Positions 61,830 to 64,000 of a stretch of 64,000 nt of DNA are shown here, piece after piece. Within the stretch, counting starts at the first letter, position 1. The number at the start of each line of letters is the position of its first letter. Below the pieces are notes generated by a model, which saw only the letters and a program-made list of their open reading frames with translations, was not told the DNA's origin and did no database searches. Origin of the DNA: Lophium mytilinum (lineage: Eukaryota); the NCBI GenBank assembly GCA_010093605.1, contig MU004183.1, forward strand, positions 2,542,001 to 2,606,000, written 5' to 3'. Both the position numbers and the translations under genes were made by a program.

Positions 61830-64000
61830 TATTAGGGCTTAAGGTTAGAATATTAGAATTATTAGATTAAATAGTATTAATATTAATAAAAGATAAATAT
61901 AAGAGAGAAAGAGGTTCCTAGAATAGACGTTATAATAACCTAAAGGGCGGAGTAACATTTACCTATTTTATAGAGCCTCTATTACGTAACCTCTAGTTAT
62001 ATATTATGCGCAATTATATAGCTATAACACGTCTCCCCCCTCTAAAGAAGCCCCTTAATTAAAGCGTCCTTATTGCAAGAGAGTTCTTTTTATACTAGAG
62101 TATCTATAATCGCCTAAATATCTATTAAATAAAGTGCCTAATTATACTTAGGTAGGCTGTAAGTAAAGAAAGAAAATAAATTAATTTATAGAGAATTATT
62201 TATTCTTTCTATTTTTATGCAGCCTTCTATAGCCTTACTATTTTAGTATAGTAATATTACTATACGCAGTATTACTATACATAGTATTACTCTATATAGT
62301 ATTACTATACGCAGTATTACTATATATAGTATTACTATGCGCAGTATTACTATAAGTAGCCTTATTTATTTAAACTAGGGCCGGCTATAATAGGGCTGTA
62401 AGGAGCTATATAGCCTTTATAGCTACTAGCCTACTACTAGGTACTTATAATAATCTATATTATTATATTATATTAATTATTATACATGTCTATAGTTAGG
62501 TCTTCTTAATAAATTAATTTAACCGCCGGTCCAGTAATTAAATTATATAGCTTCCGCAACGTTAGTTATATAGAGGTCTATAGCAGTAAGAATAGTAGCT
62601 AAGATTAGCTTCTAGTCTAATAGTAGTTAAAATAATAAATAAGGTTCTAGTTTCTTAGGGTATTAGTAGTAGAAATCTATAATAAGGTGCGGGTAACTAT
62701 TAGCGTAATTATAATTATCCTATTAGGGCTTATTATTCTATCTAATAAACTTAATCTTATATTATAGTATGCCTCTTTTTCTAATAGTAGGATTAAGACG
62801 TCTTCTATCTAGACAGCTATCTATAACTTTCTTAGCGTTGCCTTCCTAGTATATAGGGGTTATTTTAATAGAGGGAGGCTTAGAATTACATTATTCTTTT
62901 ATAGGGATAGCGTCGGCTAGATAGAGAAGCTATAGGTAGAATATAGAATAGATATTTACTATACCCTTAGGTAAGTTAAGCTTATATACGCTTCTATTTT
63001 TATAGCTTTCTAGAATCTTAAAGGGACCTAGCTTCTTAAAGTTAAGCTTCTTATTTAGTCGCGTTATTTTAATAAAGCGTCTATCTAGTATAACTTAATT
63101 GCCTGGATAATACGTCTAAGCTAGTTATTATCCGGCGTTAGTATATTTCTTTTACTTAGCCTAGGCCCATTTAATTTCTATGCAGAGAAACGCGCGTAGC
63201 TTATCTAGCTTATTAACGAGTTTATCCGCCAGCTTAGTAAGTTAAATTGTTAGTATAGTCGCGTTCTCTAGTAAACGCGCAGCTAGTGTAGTACCTACGC
63301 TAGAAATATAGCCTTTAGTAGCTATAAAGGGCGCTACTCTAGTAGAAGCATTTCTTAATAAGTTAGCTTTAAATTTAGCTATAGCAAGGAAATTATACTA
63401 GTTATTTTACTAGTAGTTAATATATACTCTAAGGTACTATTTTAGGCCTATATTAGTAATCTCTATCTATCTATCTATTTTAGAGTAAAAGGTAGTAGAG
63501 AGCTTTAGCTTTATACTAATACACTTATATAGATAAGACTAGAAGGTTAAGATAAATTATATTTCTCTATTAGAAATAATAGACTATAGATATTCTTTAG
63601 TGCGCTATACCTATTTAAGAAAGGCTTAGGCTACTTCTTCGGCGTCTATAGTAATTATAGAGATAAACTTACATATTTTAAAGAGTCTATTAATAACTAC
63701 TATAATATATTAGTAGTCCTATCTAAATTATAAGTATTTTAGTAGAGGGCTAATAAAATCCACTATTAGATTAGTCTAATACTATTTAGAAATAGAGAGT
63801 AGCTTAAGAAAGCCCTGCTTTATATTACATGCGTGCTTAATACGGTTGCATAGTTAGTAGGCCTTAATATAATAGTTAATATTAGAAGTTATCTATAGCT
63901 AGAAGTAGTATATTAAGACTCTATTATAAGTAGATATAGTTCTACTATACCCGACTAGTAGTGGCTTATAAAGGCTCTTAATAATAGCTAACTAGAGTTT
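61830..64000 (-). mobile_element. Ty3/Gypsy chromovirus C (3' part), same LTR family as element A
   Basis: LTR 61830-62029 (ends ...taaca on the plus strand), PPT, 15-bp gtagtattactatat-type tandem array, chromodomain and integrase remnants collinear with 23300-25460. Runs off the window. Confidence 0.92.

Overview
Filamentous ascomycete DNA (spliceosomal GT-AG introns with CTRAC/CTAAC branch points; gene content and RIP pattern fit a Dothideomycete/Pleosporales) with two-speed architecture. About 1-20.4 kb is GC-balanced and gene-rich: RING-H2 pseudogene, F-box-like, NAD(P)-binding reductase, Slk19/TACC-like coiled-coil protein, a head-to-head paralog pair (one pseudogenised), a secreted protein with an aerolysin/ETX-MTX2-like C-terminal domain, a DUF3176 membrane protein and a HET protein. 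About 21-43.2 kb is a RIP-mutated AT-rich island that opens with a decayed tyrosine recombinase resembling a Starship captain (DUF3435) and holds two complete Ty3/Gypsy chromoviruses with LTRs, PPTs and TSDs. About 43.2-61.1 kb is an accessory-type gene block: HET protein, F-box-like paralog pair, GNAT with a premature stop, and a compact three-gene module. A second RIP island starts at 61.1 kb. The best candidate for an undescribed system is that module at 53.4-59.7 kb: an atypical HSPA12-type Hsp70 transcribed divergently from a tail-anchored P-loop GTPase and a coiled-coil protein with a GrpE-like C-terminus. All family calls come from motif recognition by eye; no database searches were run.
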